64,000 nt of DNA from positions 8,556,001 through 8,620,000 of the forward strand of contig CP075493.1 of the NCBI GenBank assembly GCA_021613535.1. Reading direction: 5' to 3'. Positions 45,598 to 58,056 of the stretch are shown piece by piece (position 1 is the stretch's first letter; every line of letters begins with the position of its first letter). The position numbers were made by a program, and so were the translations under genes. The notes beneath the pieces are model-generated. The model was not told the origin of the DNA. It worked only from the letters and a program-made list of their open reading frames with translations, and did not search any database. Origin of the DNA: Adineta vaga (lineage: Eukaryota; Animalia; Rotifera).

Positions 45598-48500
45598 TCA
45601 TTCTAGTTTTTTCAATGTGTATTGATGTGATGATGCAACATTAAGGAAAAATGGTGATTCACGATTAGGTTCAAATGTAGCTGGTCGAATTGTATATGTA
45701 CCACCAGGTATATTATCAAGTGTTAAAACACAAAATCCTGATCGATATGAACCTGATTCGGTCTTATGAAATTCTCCCGAAGAATTGGAAACTCTTGTTT
45801 CTGTACAGATAACTTCAAAACCAACTTGAAATTGTTTTGGTGCACGTAGTTCAATTTTAACTTAAAAAGAAAATGATTTGAAATCAGAATGAAAATTACT
45901 TTATTTGTACATACTATGATTATTTGCTTCACGATTCTCTAAGACAAGTTGAAAGAGTGGATTATTTTTGAACGTTGATGGATTATTTTGACAACCACCA
46001 GCAGATTTACCTTTCCATTCACCTGTTATTTCTTGTTGATAACGTGGATTATAATAATCAGGTGCTGGAGTTAAACTAAATTCACATGTCGAATAAACAC
46101 GTAAGGAATAATAAATATCAACATTTTTTTCGTATTGAGATACCTAGAAAAATGATATACAGTTTCTAGTTAAACGTATTAGATAATAAAGATGAAAAAC
46201 AATAATTTACCACAAGAGTATATAAGGTTTGTCCTTGTAAATCTGCATCATCAGTCACAAGTTTAACTAAATAATGTGCTGAATTTGTTTTCACACCATC
46301 TTGGATAGGTTTTATTTCATTTGGATAATAAACTTTATTACCACCATTTTTATATACAAATAATGTTATAAAGATTCGATTAACTGCAAAATCTTGTCGT
46401 TCTGTAATATGTCGTGTTAAAAGAATCTGTTTAAAACAAAAACTAAATGATGTATCTAGAAAAACAAATAGATGAAAAGAACAAACCCAAATCGATGCTT
46501 TAGTTTTTGGATTAACTCGAAGAACATATTGTGGATTATCACCAAGATTATAAAGATCTTTGACTGGTCCTTGTCTTGCTGGCCAAGAATTATGTATACA
46601 TGATGTATACGAAAATAATGATGGTGACCAATTCAAATAGAAATTTTCAAAATGATGACATAAACTATTATAATCAATCCAGAAGACTCCATTATCAACA
46701 TCAACTTGTAATTTTGGATCATAATTAAGTGCTTTGATTAGTTCAGGTGTCCAATTTCGAGTATCATAATCACTGAAATTACCTTTCCATTCCAAATGTG
46801 ACCAAGGATTTTTTAACATTACTAATTTATGTCCACTGATCTGACGCATATCAAGTAATGCATAAGCATGACTGGAAACAAGACCACTACGTTCTTCTTC
46901 CTCTTTAGAAAGATTTGGTGTTGCTAGATAATTTGAGAGAAATGAAGATAATAGAAGAAGAAAAATAAATAAATAAATCCTACCAACAGTAATCAATACA
47001 TGTCCAGCATGAAAACGTTCGAACATTCGATCAAATTCTTTATCTTTATCGAATGATGCTTCAGCATGATGAATAGAAACAAGTTCTGGTATCCAACCTA
47101 AAAAGATGTCATTCGATTAAGATTCTATACTAAAGATCAAATGTATAGATTCTTGATAACAGTACTAATCATAAGAGATGAGTTAACTTGATGATGATGA
47201 TGATGTATTTATCTCTAGACTCACTCATTTTTATCAGTTTCAGTACTTAAAGGTAGATATGACTAAAACAAATCAGTAAGTGCACATCAATAGAAAGAAG
47301 ATTGATTATTCTGCTGAGTATTGATGAAATATTCTTTCGAAAAAACATTTCTAGTTGAAAATGCAGACTGTAGCTATTGGATTTGTCTTAACATACCAGT
47401 TAATGCATGTAGATCAACAGTTGAATTTGAACCAGGAAAATCGTATCCACCCATGACTTTCATATATGCTTTTTCTAATAAACTAACCCAAATTTCATCT
47501 TTATTCGTCGTTGATGAACATAGTAGACCTAGAAAATGTTTATTGTAGTTCTATTTTGATTTATTTTATTGAATTTACGATTGGAACGATCAACTGGTAA
47601 TGTATCATCAATAATAACTTTTCGCCAAACACCGTTCAAATGAAAACGAATCATATATTTTCCACATGGATTATAGATTGGTTCACCTAATCGATCAAAA
47701 CGAAAAAGATTAATTGATAAATTTCTTTCCAAATCAAAAATTAACCTTGTTTATTTTGTGGATAAATAATTGATGTAATCAAACGTTTGTTAAATTTCTT
47801 TTCATATTGTACACTAACAGCAAGACTAGCAACAAATGAACAATCCGATATAAGATCTTGTTTGATGGAGAAATATGATAAAGCCATGATCATTTTTGGT
47901 TCCGACATGATTTCATCAGGTCGTGCCCAACGTGCAAAATGAGTCTGTTGTTTTGGTGCTAATTTCAATGCACCATGAGTATCATTAAATGGTGTTTGAT
48001 ATGCGAAACGTTCACGTAAATCAATATTAAAAAATGGAACATAATCACGTCCATTAATTTTCGATCCACGTCGTAAAACATCTAATTCATGTGCAGATAA
48101 TTTTGCTCGTTTATCGATAATATTTATATTTGCTTGATCAATATCAAGTGGTTGTTGTTCTTCATTTTGAATAATCTCATCACGTGGCGGAGATGGTAAA
48201 CGTACATGTGATGATGTATTGAGTTCCGTTCGTTTTAATTCTTCAGCACGTTCCAAAGCTATACGAATAATAAATCGAAACTTTTCCTAATCAATCGTGT
48301 TTTATTTTCTTACCTTGATAAGCTATTTTTTCTAATTGTTCTTTGATTTTTGCATTATCATTGGTTTTCTTTTCATTAAGACAGAGTGTGATTGCTTCTT
48401 GATATGATTTAAAAGCAGTCTCATAATGTTTTTGTTCATCTTCATTAAGTGCTTGTGTTAATAAATATCGAGCACGTTCAACACCTTTTTCTGAAGTATT

Positions 48501-48791
48501 TTTCAAATGAAGACTCTGAGCTGGTTTTGATTTTAAACTAGCTTTGATTTCTTCTGCACGTTTAATATAATTATGTATTAAGCGAACGATTTCAGCCAAA
48601 TCAATCGTTGATGCTGATGAAGATTTTGATTGTTGTCGATCAGAAACCAATTGTTCACGAACACTAATTAATGCTTGAGCAGCTTCCACATAGAAGAATA
48701 CTGCATCTTCACTTTTACCTTTTGAATCAAGATCAACTGCTTTAGATGCATGTTTACGTGCATCACTTTCGAGTTTAGCAATATCAACCAT
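45598..48791 (-). CDS. CAPN7: Calpain-7 (PalB homolog): two MIT domains, CysPc, calpain domain III repeats
   Basis: Tandem MIT helices ([17 protein letters not shown]; [17 protein letters not shown]), [13 protein letters not shown] (Cys), HAY (His), KNPW (Asn), NPQY, and PATFEP near the end. Stop at 45598. Confidence 0.95.
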
Positions 48792-49540
48792 TCTTTTGTT
48801 GTTGTTGTTGTTGATATTAAATTGAGGAAGTCATTGAAAAAAACTAGTGTTATATCAATGACGTCGGTCCTGCTTTACTTTACTCATTCAGTTTACCATT
48901 GGAGTTTTGCCATCTTTTTATGATTATATATCATTGGTGACAGTGGCAATCGACGGATGATAGAGACATCTAGTCTATAGTCTGATGAAGATCGATAAAA
49001 TTATAGCTAGCAAAGTCGAGTTAAATTATGAGAAAATCATTACATAAAATTTTGATTTAAAAATATTACTCGATGAATATTAGTTTTATGAACATACATT
49101 TCATATATTATATGTTGAATATCTTCGTTTTTGCTAGCAAGCTGTTTTTTCTTGAAAATATTCACCAGCGTTCGAATTTCATTTGCAAAGAAATGATATA
49201 AAAGATTACTTTTGTCTTCGTAACTGATTGTCAATCAGTTCTGAAGTTGAAAGTATGAAAGACAAAGAAAATGTCGATGAGAAAAATATGGAAGAGGAGA
49301 AAATAGATCTATATTAGATAGCGAGCAAACAAATATTGAATAAAATCGCAACCAAAACATTGCACTAAGTAAAAGCGGACCACGCCATATTCTTTCTTGT
49401 TTTCATATAAACGAATTCAATAATTTTATTGAATACGAATGTGAACCTGCGCGTGAACATATCAATATGTGCAAAATCATATTCATTTCTTTTCTTTCCA
49501 TTCAATATTCCATCCATATCTCGAATAAGATGAAAATCGT

Positions 49541-49843
49541 TCAGAAACAACCGTTGCATGAGCAAACACCATTCGGTCCAAAATGATGTATTCGATTCGC
49601 ATCACGAACGAAGATGTCACATTTATGAATCGCAGCAGTCAACTTTGTTGCTTAATTTACAATGTAGATGATTAGAGAATAATCTCAAAGATTCAAAAAA
49701 TACTTACGACAATCTCCACACACTCGCAAGTTTTTTGTCAATTGTATCATTTTTGTATTGGGATTTACGACAAAATTCCATGCTATTGCCAGCTTTTCGC
49801 TATGCCCACAAAGTACAGATTCTACAGTTTCATCTGCTTGCAT
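49541..49843 (-). pseudogene. DYW-type cytidine deaminase domain (PPR-DYW C-terminus), spliced and probably decayed or truncated
   Basis: Exon 49843-49708 encodes MQADETVESVLCGHSEKLAIAWNFVVNPNTKMIQLTKNLRVCGDC, followed by a GTAAGT donor. The second exon encodes ..ATKLTAAIHKCDIFVRDANRIHHFGPNGVCSCNGCF*. HSEKLA, KNLRVCGDC, VRD, HHF and CSC are hallmark DYW motifs. In-frame stops lie just upstream and no PPR array is visible. Confidence 0.85.
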
Positions 49844-50369
49844 CAAAGTGTCATATTATTATGGATTATTTTTCATGAATACAGACATTTCATTTCCAAA
49901 CTTTCATGCATATAAATTCACATCCTCATCACTGTCGATCGTATTTTCATTGTCCACTTCGTATGACGCATTCGTCAGGACATTATCAAGTATTTGGCAT
50001 GCTTGTTCAACAGGTTTCTGCTCATGAATGTTATCTGAAGAACGATAAGAACTATTCTTTACCAGGTGATTGGCTAACAGAGTCAGCGCAGACACACCAT
50101 CTTGAATTTTACTTTCGTGAGAGTGCATAAAAACACATGCAAACTAATCGATTATTGTATTGATTATCCAATTTTTTTCTCTTACGCTAACAGCGCAAAG
50201 TTACGTGACGAAACATGGCGCTGTAGACTGATTTCTTCATTTGCGAAAAGGAAAACAAAAAGTAGTAATGTATTTTTTTTTCGGAATCAAATCATTTTGA
50301 AAAGGATTATAATATATATTTTTGTGCAAAACTAATTCTAGTTATACAAACTTCTAAAATAAATAGAAG

Positions 50370-51427
50370 TTATTTAAAAAGATTTCCAACGAAAATACAA
50401 GCAAGAACCATAAGACCCGTTGTACGATTTGACACGAATGTATGCCAACAGGATTGATTATCATTTAGATGAACTCTTTCAATTTGTCGGTAAAGATGAT
50501 ATCCAACACCTACTAACCCAATATAATATGGCCATGTCTGATTAACACCTAAACCTACTGTAATAAGATGTGTTAACATTCCAACTGAAAAAGCACGAAG
50601 CCATAATTTAGAATCTTTATCAAAAAGAAGTGCAGTTGATTTTACACCAATAAGTAGATCATCCTGTTTATCTTGATGAGCATAAATCGTATCATAATGA
50701 AGTGTCCAACAAATACTAGCAATATATAATGGAAATATAATTGATCCATATACATGACCCGTAACAGCAGTGAAGCCCATTAATGTACCCCTAAGAAGTA
50801 ATTTTTTCAAAATAATCGAATTGTTTGATCCATACAAAAGTTGTCTACTCACCAATTCAATGTAATTCCCAGAAATAATTGCGGCCAATATGTATATCGT
50901 TTCATTATCGGATAGATACACACAGGTATTAGTGATAAGACACCGATACCGATTGTCGGTAGATTCAATTGGATTAATATGATAAAACTCAATGATAATT
51001 GTACAACAGTCCAAATTATTCCTTGTCGAATCGTAAGTTGACCACTTGCTAATGGTCTCGATTTAGTTCGTTCTACAAGACGATCATAGTCTTTATCTAA
51101 AAGATCATTTATTGTACAACCAGCTCCTCGCATCAATATCGTTCCAACACCAAATAGTACAAATAGAGAAAGAGTATCTAATGATGTTTCTGCTAGTGCA
51201 ATACTCCATGCTGCTGGTAAAAATATCACCCAAGAACCAGTTGCTTTATCAAGTCGACTTAAACGAATGTATGGATGGAATGATCTTGGTGCAATATCAA
51301 ATACTGATCGTGAACGAGTTGTTGAGCTTTTCTTCGAGAAACATTGTCTAAATATTGATATTGTTGAAAGACGAAAGATTGTTGAATGTGAAAACAATGA
51401 GCATGTAGGACGTAACAACGGAATCAT
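50370..51427 (-). CDS. COQ2: 4-hydroxybenzoate polyprenyltransferase, mitochondrial (UbiA family), 2 exons
   Basis: Mitochondrial-type presequence, RLDKATG, GAGCTINDLLDKDYDRLVERTKSRPLASG, YPIMKR and YDTIYAHQDKQDD. Intron 50791-50852 joins LNW|GTLMG. Confidence 0.95.
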
Positions 51428-51790
51428 TGCAACAATCTAAAATGAATTAAAATCCATACTTATAACGTTGAATATACATATTGTATACGTTTATAAGTAG
51501 AAAGAATTCAAACTCAATATCTAATCAATCAATTACCAGTAATTTTTGATAAGATGAAATTTCTTTACATTTGATAATTTGTTGAATATTTTCGAATCTA
51601 TCACATGATTTATCTTCTCAATATATGATGAACTTTAAAAATCATCTACAACTGAAGAAAAAACATTTTTTGAAATCATTTAGTTTTTTTTTGAAAGACA
51701 ATAGATGATCAGTTTCTAGTTGAACTAGCATGAATAAATAAATATATAAAAAAAAGATGCCATGATAACGTTTGTTGTTTGATTCATTGT

Positions 51791-52501
51791 TCACTGTTTT
51801 TTCTTATTTGTCTGAATAAAACGATCATGAATAACACAGCTTAGTGCTGAAACTGCAACAAAGAAATATCCGAAACTTCGACGAAAAAGATTTTTATACA
51901 TCCAACCGACACCAGGAATACCATCGATCATATCGGCAAATGACCTATAATAGAATTTGATTGAGTTTTTCAATAGAACAAACAAACAAACATACCACAT
52001 TTCTTCATGTCGAAATATTTCAAATTGTGGTTCATCAATATTTTGACAATTTAATAAACGAAATTCATAGACAAATATTGAACGTAAAGGATATGTATAA
52101 ATCCATGAAAATTGTTGTAAATTCATAATTCCATCAACAATACAGCGACCTGTCATTCCATCTTCATTTAGTTTAACATTTAATTGGAATGTATCGAATG
52201 TAAAATGAAATATATTATGGAAACCTAATTTAAATCAAAAGAATGATTAATTTACTACAATCCAATGAAGTATACCTTTCATTCCAATACGATACAGTTG
52301 TTTATTACCACCTTCTTGCCAAGGATCTTTGAAAATAATATCATCCGCTATGTATGGTAAGACTTGTCGATCAAGTACAGGACTCGGTATATTTGTCGTA
52401 TAGAGTAATTGAGTTATTGTATCGAATTGACGCTCTAATTGACTGATAAGTTTAGCTTGATTAGCAGCACTTTTTGAACGAAATGTTAAAGTCTCCGACA
52501 T
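51791..52501 (-). CDS. NTF2/SnoaL-like fold protein, 3 exons
   Basis: YIADDIIFKDPW, a beta-rich core and IFRHEEMW are typical of SnoaL/NTF2-like proteins. Two short GT-AG introns join in frame. Confidence 0.6.
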
Positions 52502-54800
52502 ATTGGTTAAAGGAATGTTTGCACGTGAAAGATAAAAAGTTGAAATAAATGAATGATGATGATTACTGTTTTCTTTTCAAAGTTCGTAAATGGCATTTAT
52601 ATGGGCAAATAGTAAACGACATGGATAATATCGATGATGTACGACATCTATGTTTTATAATCGTCTGCAACCAAACGACTAAATTAGACAACAATTACGA
52701 CAAGAATACTTCTACGAAGATTATATATTCAAATGATTTTAGAATGTTTAAAGTCTATTCTATCGATATACAAAGAGACATTCAATATCCCAACGGAATT
52801 TGTCATTTCGATCAAGTTTTAATTATACACATATGGTTCCATAGAAGGGATGCTTATTCTTATTGTCTTCTTCTTCTTCATCTTACAAGATTTTTCTAGT
52901 CTAGACATTATCAGTAGTCTTATCTTGTGCATCGTATTCTTCATTTAATTGAAAACTATTCTCTTGTGTTATTTTTTATTTTTGTTTTTGAGAAATATCT
53001 TGACTCATTGACATTCATGGTACAGAATTTTTTCAGTTGATCGAGTCGATTATGTAAATAGAGTACATCGTACTATATATTTCCTTTAGGACGATAATCA
53101 TCGGAACTTTTCAATAAATTTATATTAACAAAAACAATATGAAACACATTGATTGCATTGTTTGAATACTAACTATACATATACATATCCAAACAGTCTT
53201 TGTCAACGAAATTATAATAAATTATAATGGATCAATGAATAATATATATTATGATATATTCAGCGTTATTGATGCGTGCTTTTTTATTACGCACAAATAT
53301 TATATCTTGATTCCTTGGCGAATGTCTTTATTAAATATAAGAATTCATTCACACAAGAACTGTTATAAAAATTTACAATCTTTTATTGGATATATTGACA
53401 TGAAATTTATGATCGTCGTAGTATGTACATCAATCGATACATAATCCGCTTAACAAAATTACCCTTTGATATTTCGTATCCACGTCACGTTCCTTCATTA
53501 TCGGTCTGTTAGTACGCATAATTGATGAATCAACGACCTAATATGTTTTCTCAAGGACAACAAGAAGGTTCTCATCATCATTATCGAATAATTTCTCTAT
53601 CAATTAATGAACAACTCTCTATCTCATTGTCATTAGATAGATTTTTCTCTCTAGCTTTAATGATGTGCATGAAACATCAATGACATATACGTCATGAATG
53701 TTTATATTATCCGAACGAGTAGGCAAGGAAATGAAGAGAAGGAAAGAAACGATCTTATATACTTTAGGATTTGTACAGTGAATTCTGGATAAAAGTTCTC
53801 AGGAGTAAACGTGAGAGAAAGAGAGAGAGAGAGAAAGTGAGTTAAAAAAAAAGAAACCCTTGAGATTTTGAAGTATAGTAAAATAAAATGCATCTTATGT
53901 ATATGTGCATGTATGATGATGTTTGTCTTTCATCACCTTTTCTTTCCGTATATAGATTTCAATACCGATGACATGTTGCAATCGAATGTGTCCGTGTACA
54001 CCTGGAGCAAAAATATTATTCTACCAATCAACAAGCTTTCTTCTAAGTATACATGTCGTACACAAGAAGGAAAGCAATTGAGATTAAAAAGAATTGTAAA
54101 TGTATGAAACGAAGAAAAAAAGACATTGTTTGAAGGCAAAAAAAAACGAATTCCATTCTTTGTTTGCCTTTCAACTGCACTCAAATGAGAAATATCTCAT
54201 CTGTATTTTTTTCACGAGTGATAAAATATCCACTATTCTTATCTAGCATATTCAAATATTGCCCTAAGGTTAAATATAAAAACTAACAAATTAGATCATT
54301 ATCATATGTATACCTATTCAATTAAATATATGTATATCCGCCATCGGCTTCCAACACGTATTCATTCGTTTTATTGTTATTATTAGAACCCTCGCGCATC
54401 AGTTACTGTTCTTGGTAAAACAGCAGATGTCATTATCATTCTTGGCATATACACACACACACACTCGTAGATAGATTCATTCAGAACGCGTACGATTATA
54501 AGTTTTTTTTGGCGTGCGTACAAATTGAAAAATGCTGTGCGAAATAGCATGTGTAATGTTTCGATAAGATGCGTATGTTTGCCGGACAATGGTAGTAAAC
54601 GAGCACCGTATGTAATAGTATCGTATGAATGAAATAGTTTTGCAAAAAAAAACAACACGAAGAAAAAAGGAGGATCGAAATAAAGAACATATATATATAT
54701 ATATCTATAAATATTTATGTATATAAAACACGAGAGCAAACGAACGGACGGTAAATGTAAAAGAAAAAAGACGAAGTAAGAAGAATCGTAGACGAAATTT

Positions 54801-55665
54801 TTAAATATATTGTGGAATTAAACTGCTAGTCGATGATGTAGATGATGAACATGTACGACGTGTGAATGTATCTGGTATAGTAGAGAAAATAGATGGATAA
54901 ATCTGTTGTTGATCTTGCGTTTGAAAAACATCACCAGTATCGTAGGAGAGTAAAGCTTGATTAAGTTCTTCAAATGTAAAAGGAAACTTTGACGAAGAAT
55001 GAGATTGATCTGAATGGGTTGTATAATCACTGTTCATACGGTTTCTATAAAACAAAAGAAGCAAAATCATCCATAATATTTTGTGAACGAAATGTTTGAA
55101 GAAACAAAAAGAAATACCTTGCCATTGATTTTTGTGGTGATTGAGATGTTCGTCCATCGGAATGTCGTCGTACTGTTGTTGGCTGATCAGTTGGGTCTAT
55201 TGCTGCTCGTGCTTCATGAGTATCATGAATAAAATGACATCGAGGTCCATATGGACAATAGCCAGCTAGAAAAATAATTGAAAAAAAACACATAGGAAAT
55301 GAATGATTTTATGATTAAATTGATTAATTACTTGTATGAAATGTACGACAATACTCTGTTTTATATTTGGGATGACGCATCAAAATTCTTAATTCTGTAA
55401 TTCCATGTGAAAATTGACATTTATCACCATATTTGCATTTACCAGTTTCTGTAAATGGTCGGCATAATTCTGTTTTGTACCGTGTAACACATACATGCGA
55501 TTGTGTTATTGATGTTTTAGCAGTTGGTGTTGATGGAATTCTCATTGGTTGCTGTTGTTGCTGTTGTACTATATCAGTTATTGGTACGCGTGGAGATGAG
55601 AGAGAAGATGTTGATGATCCTGATGATGATGAATAACAAGAAGAATGCGATTCCTTACTTGGCAT
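54801..55665 (-). CDS. ZFP36: Tristetraprolin/Tis11-family tandem CCCH zinc-finger ARE-binding protein, 3 exons
   Basis: [27 protein letters not shown] and [14 protein letters not shown]|[14 protein letters not shown] with canonical 18-residue spacing. Confidence 0.93.
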
Positions 55666-58056
55666 TGCTAATTTTTATCTAAAAGATCAGAATTATAATA
55701 TCGGTATTTTTTTGAAATTTTATATATACATAGAAAATTTTCGAAAAGGAAAAAAACAAGAACGAATGCACAGCGAAGCGTGTTGTAAGATGAGAAGATG
55801 CAAAATGTGTGTGTGTGTGTGTGTAGAATGTAGATATTATTATGCGTGCATAGCGTATAGTAGTAGTTAAGAGAAGAGAATACCAAAGAGAAGCAGGGAG
55901 AGAGAGGGAGAACAGAACAGATCGAGTAAACGTCATGACGAAGACAGCAGAAAAGGAATGGAACGAAAGGAGAAGGGTAAAGAGCAATAGTTTGCAACAG
56001 CGAAACTTCATGGTGAATGTATGAATAGGCACTTTTTCCTCTTTTCTCGCACGAGCATAGGCACTTTTTCACGCCATTTTTTTCCAGAATACATAAAGAC
56101 GAAGAATCGAAAATAATAAAGATGATATGCAATGCACTTTGTATCCATTTCTAATACATCAATGAATATAAAACTGACTTACTTTTATTCCTTCTTAACA
56201 TTTCCTTATCGGTACCGGTCAACAATCATTTTTTCTTCTTTTTTTCTGCGTACTTATGACCGGAAGAAATGAGTGTCATGCTGTGTCATAGATTATATAT
56301 ACATATATTACTCAGGACTCGTCTTTTATTGCGTAAACTTTCAGCATATTCACAAGAGGTTGGTGGGTTTTTTTAAGACAAAGTTCATTTTTTTCTATTT
56401 CTCTCTCTCTCTCTTTCTGTCGTTCTTTTTCATTGACTGTGTATATGTCAAAAAGAAAATGCACACAGAAGAAGAAGAAAAAGAAAGAATATATGAAGTC
56501 ATCATGTTGTAATTACAAATTTTCAATTTTCAATTTCTTCTTCTTTTTTTTCAAATATCAAAAAAAGATCAATAATATACACATGTCTAACTTACATACA
56601 ATTGATAATTGAACGAAATAGATATGTATATAAACACTATCGAGTAGACAAAAAAATCGAAGACGACGAAGAAGAAGGATATATATATATATTTATGATA
56701 TTGACTTTTACTCTTATTCTTTTCGTAAAGGCCTTGACTTTACATGAAGAATGTGAGTAAAAGAGAGAGAAAAAACGAGACGAATATGGATTTCTTTTTT
56801 TTTGGCATCGTCTAGATGTGATTTGTAATTCGTAAAACCAATGAAAGATAAAATAAAATTACGTGTGTTCATTGACAAGATTAAATGAATAAAAAACTTG
56901 TATAATATTCCTAATACATACTTAAGATAACATCGTTGTATATATGAAGTATCTACATTTGATCATTGAATGGAAAAAACGAACTTCAATGTTGTTATTT
57001 TGACAGTAACGAGACATATTTAATTAGCTTGTTTTTGTCGTATTGGTACATTTCATGTACATAGATATCTTACACTTGTGCTCGCATACGAGTAATGACA
57101 GGAACATACATGATTCATTCTGACTCAATTTTATCGTTCGTTGACAAACACATAGAACTGCAAATCGATAATTGCACACTTAATGATAAGCACGAAAAGA
57201 GATTTTTTTTTTGTTCGATGTCGTTTCAATAATCGAAATCTGGTGCACTTTCGAGGGTTAGATCAAATATTCTTCGATTGAAGTTTTATGTCTGGCATCA
57301 GACATATTGTATAAGATTCAATTTAGACTGGCACGTTGCTACTTCGCGACAACTTGCTTTTGAAGAATACTTATGATTCAACTCAAATATGAACACTAAC
57401 AAAGATTTTAGGATTCGATATTCATATTTCATTATTGTAATAATTTTCTCATTTCTTTTTCCTTTCAAATGTTTTTTATTAAATGAATACAAAGACATAC
57501 TATTTACGACCGTAACTTATCATTTTAATAGCTGTCATAATATAGCTATATATTGCGATACGGTAAAAAGAGTACAAATGTAAAAAAACACGACGTTTTT
57601 TTCTGCTTATTCCTCAGCAGAACGATGAAAGGAAAAAAACAAGCGAGATCTCTTTTTGAGTCAAGCAAACTCTCCTGACGTATATATTGACTGTTGGGAA
57701 ATAAATACAAGGCAGATATTGTATATCAATGTAAAATGATGCACAAACAGAATCGATCAAAATTTCAATGATGTCATATGAAATAACAAATATGTTGTCT
57801 TTACTTTTCAATTGGAAACTATTTTCGATGTCAGATGACATGATTTTCTAAGATACAAATGAATTTCTATGCAAAAAAAAAAGAAGAAAATTAATCAGTT
57901 TTGCTGAGAATGATACACATCTGTTTGGATTCTTGCCCTAATGCTCCTGTATTATCAGAGGCCAAGTTTAAAAAAATTGATAACACGAGAAAAAGAACGT
58001 ATTTCCGAAACTACCGATAAGACGATTTTCTTCATAATAATAAATATGCAACAATA

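Noticed and set aside
52549-54739. ORFs of 60-118 aa between the NTF2-like gene and ZFP36
   Set aside because: No motifs or splice-consistent structure; probably intergenic DNA and ZFP36 3' UTR.
55668-56132. 154-aa and 117-aa ORFs upstream of ZFP36
   Set aside because: Made of CT/CA microsatellite-rich 5' UTR or promoter sequence.
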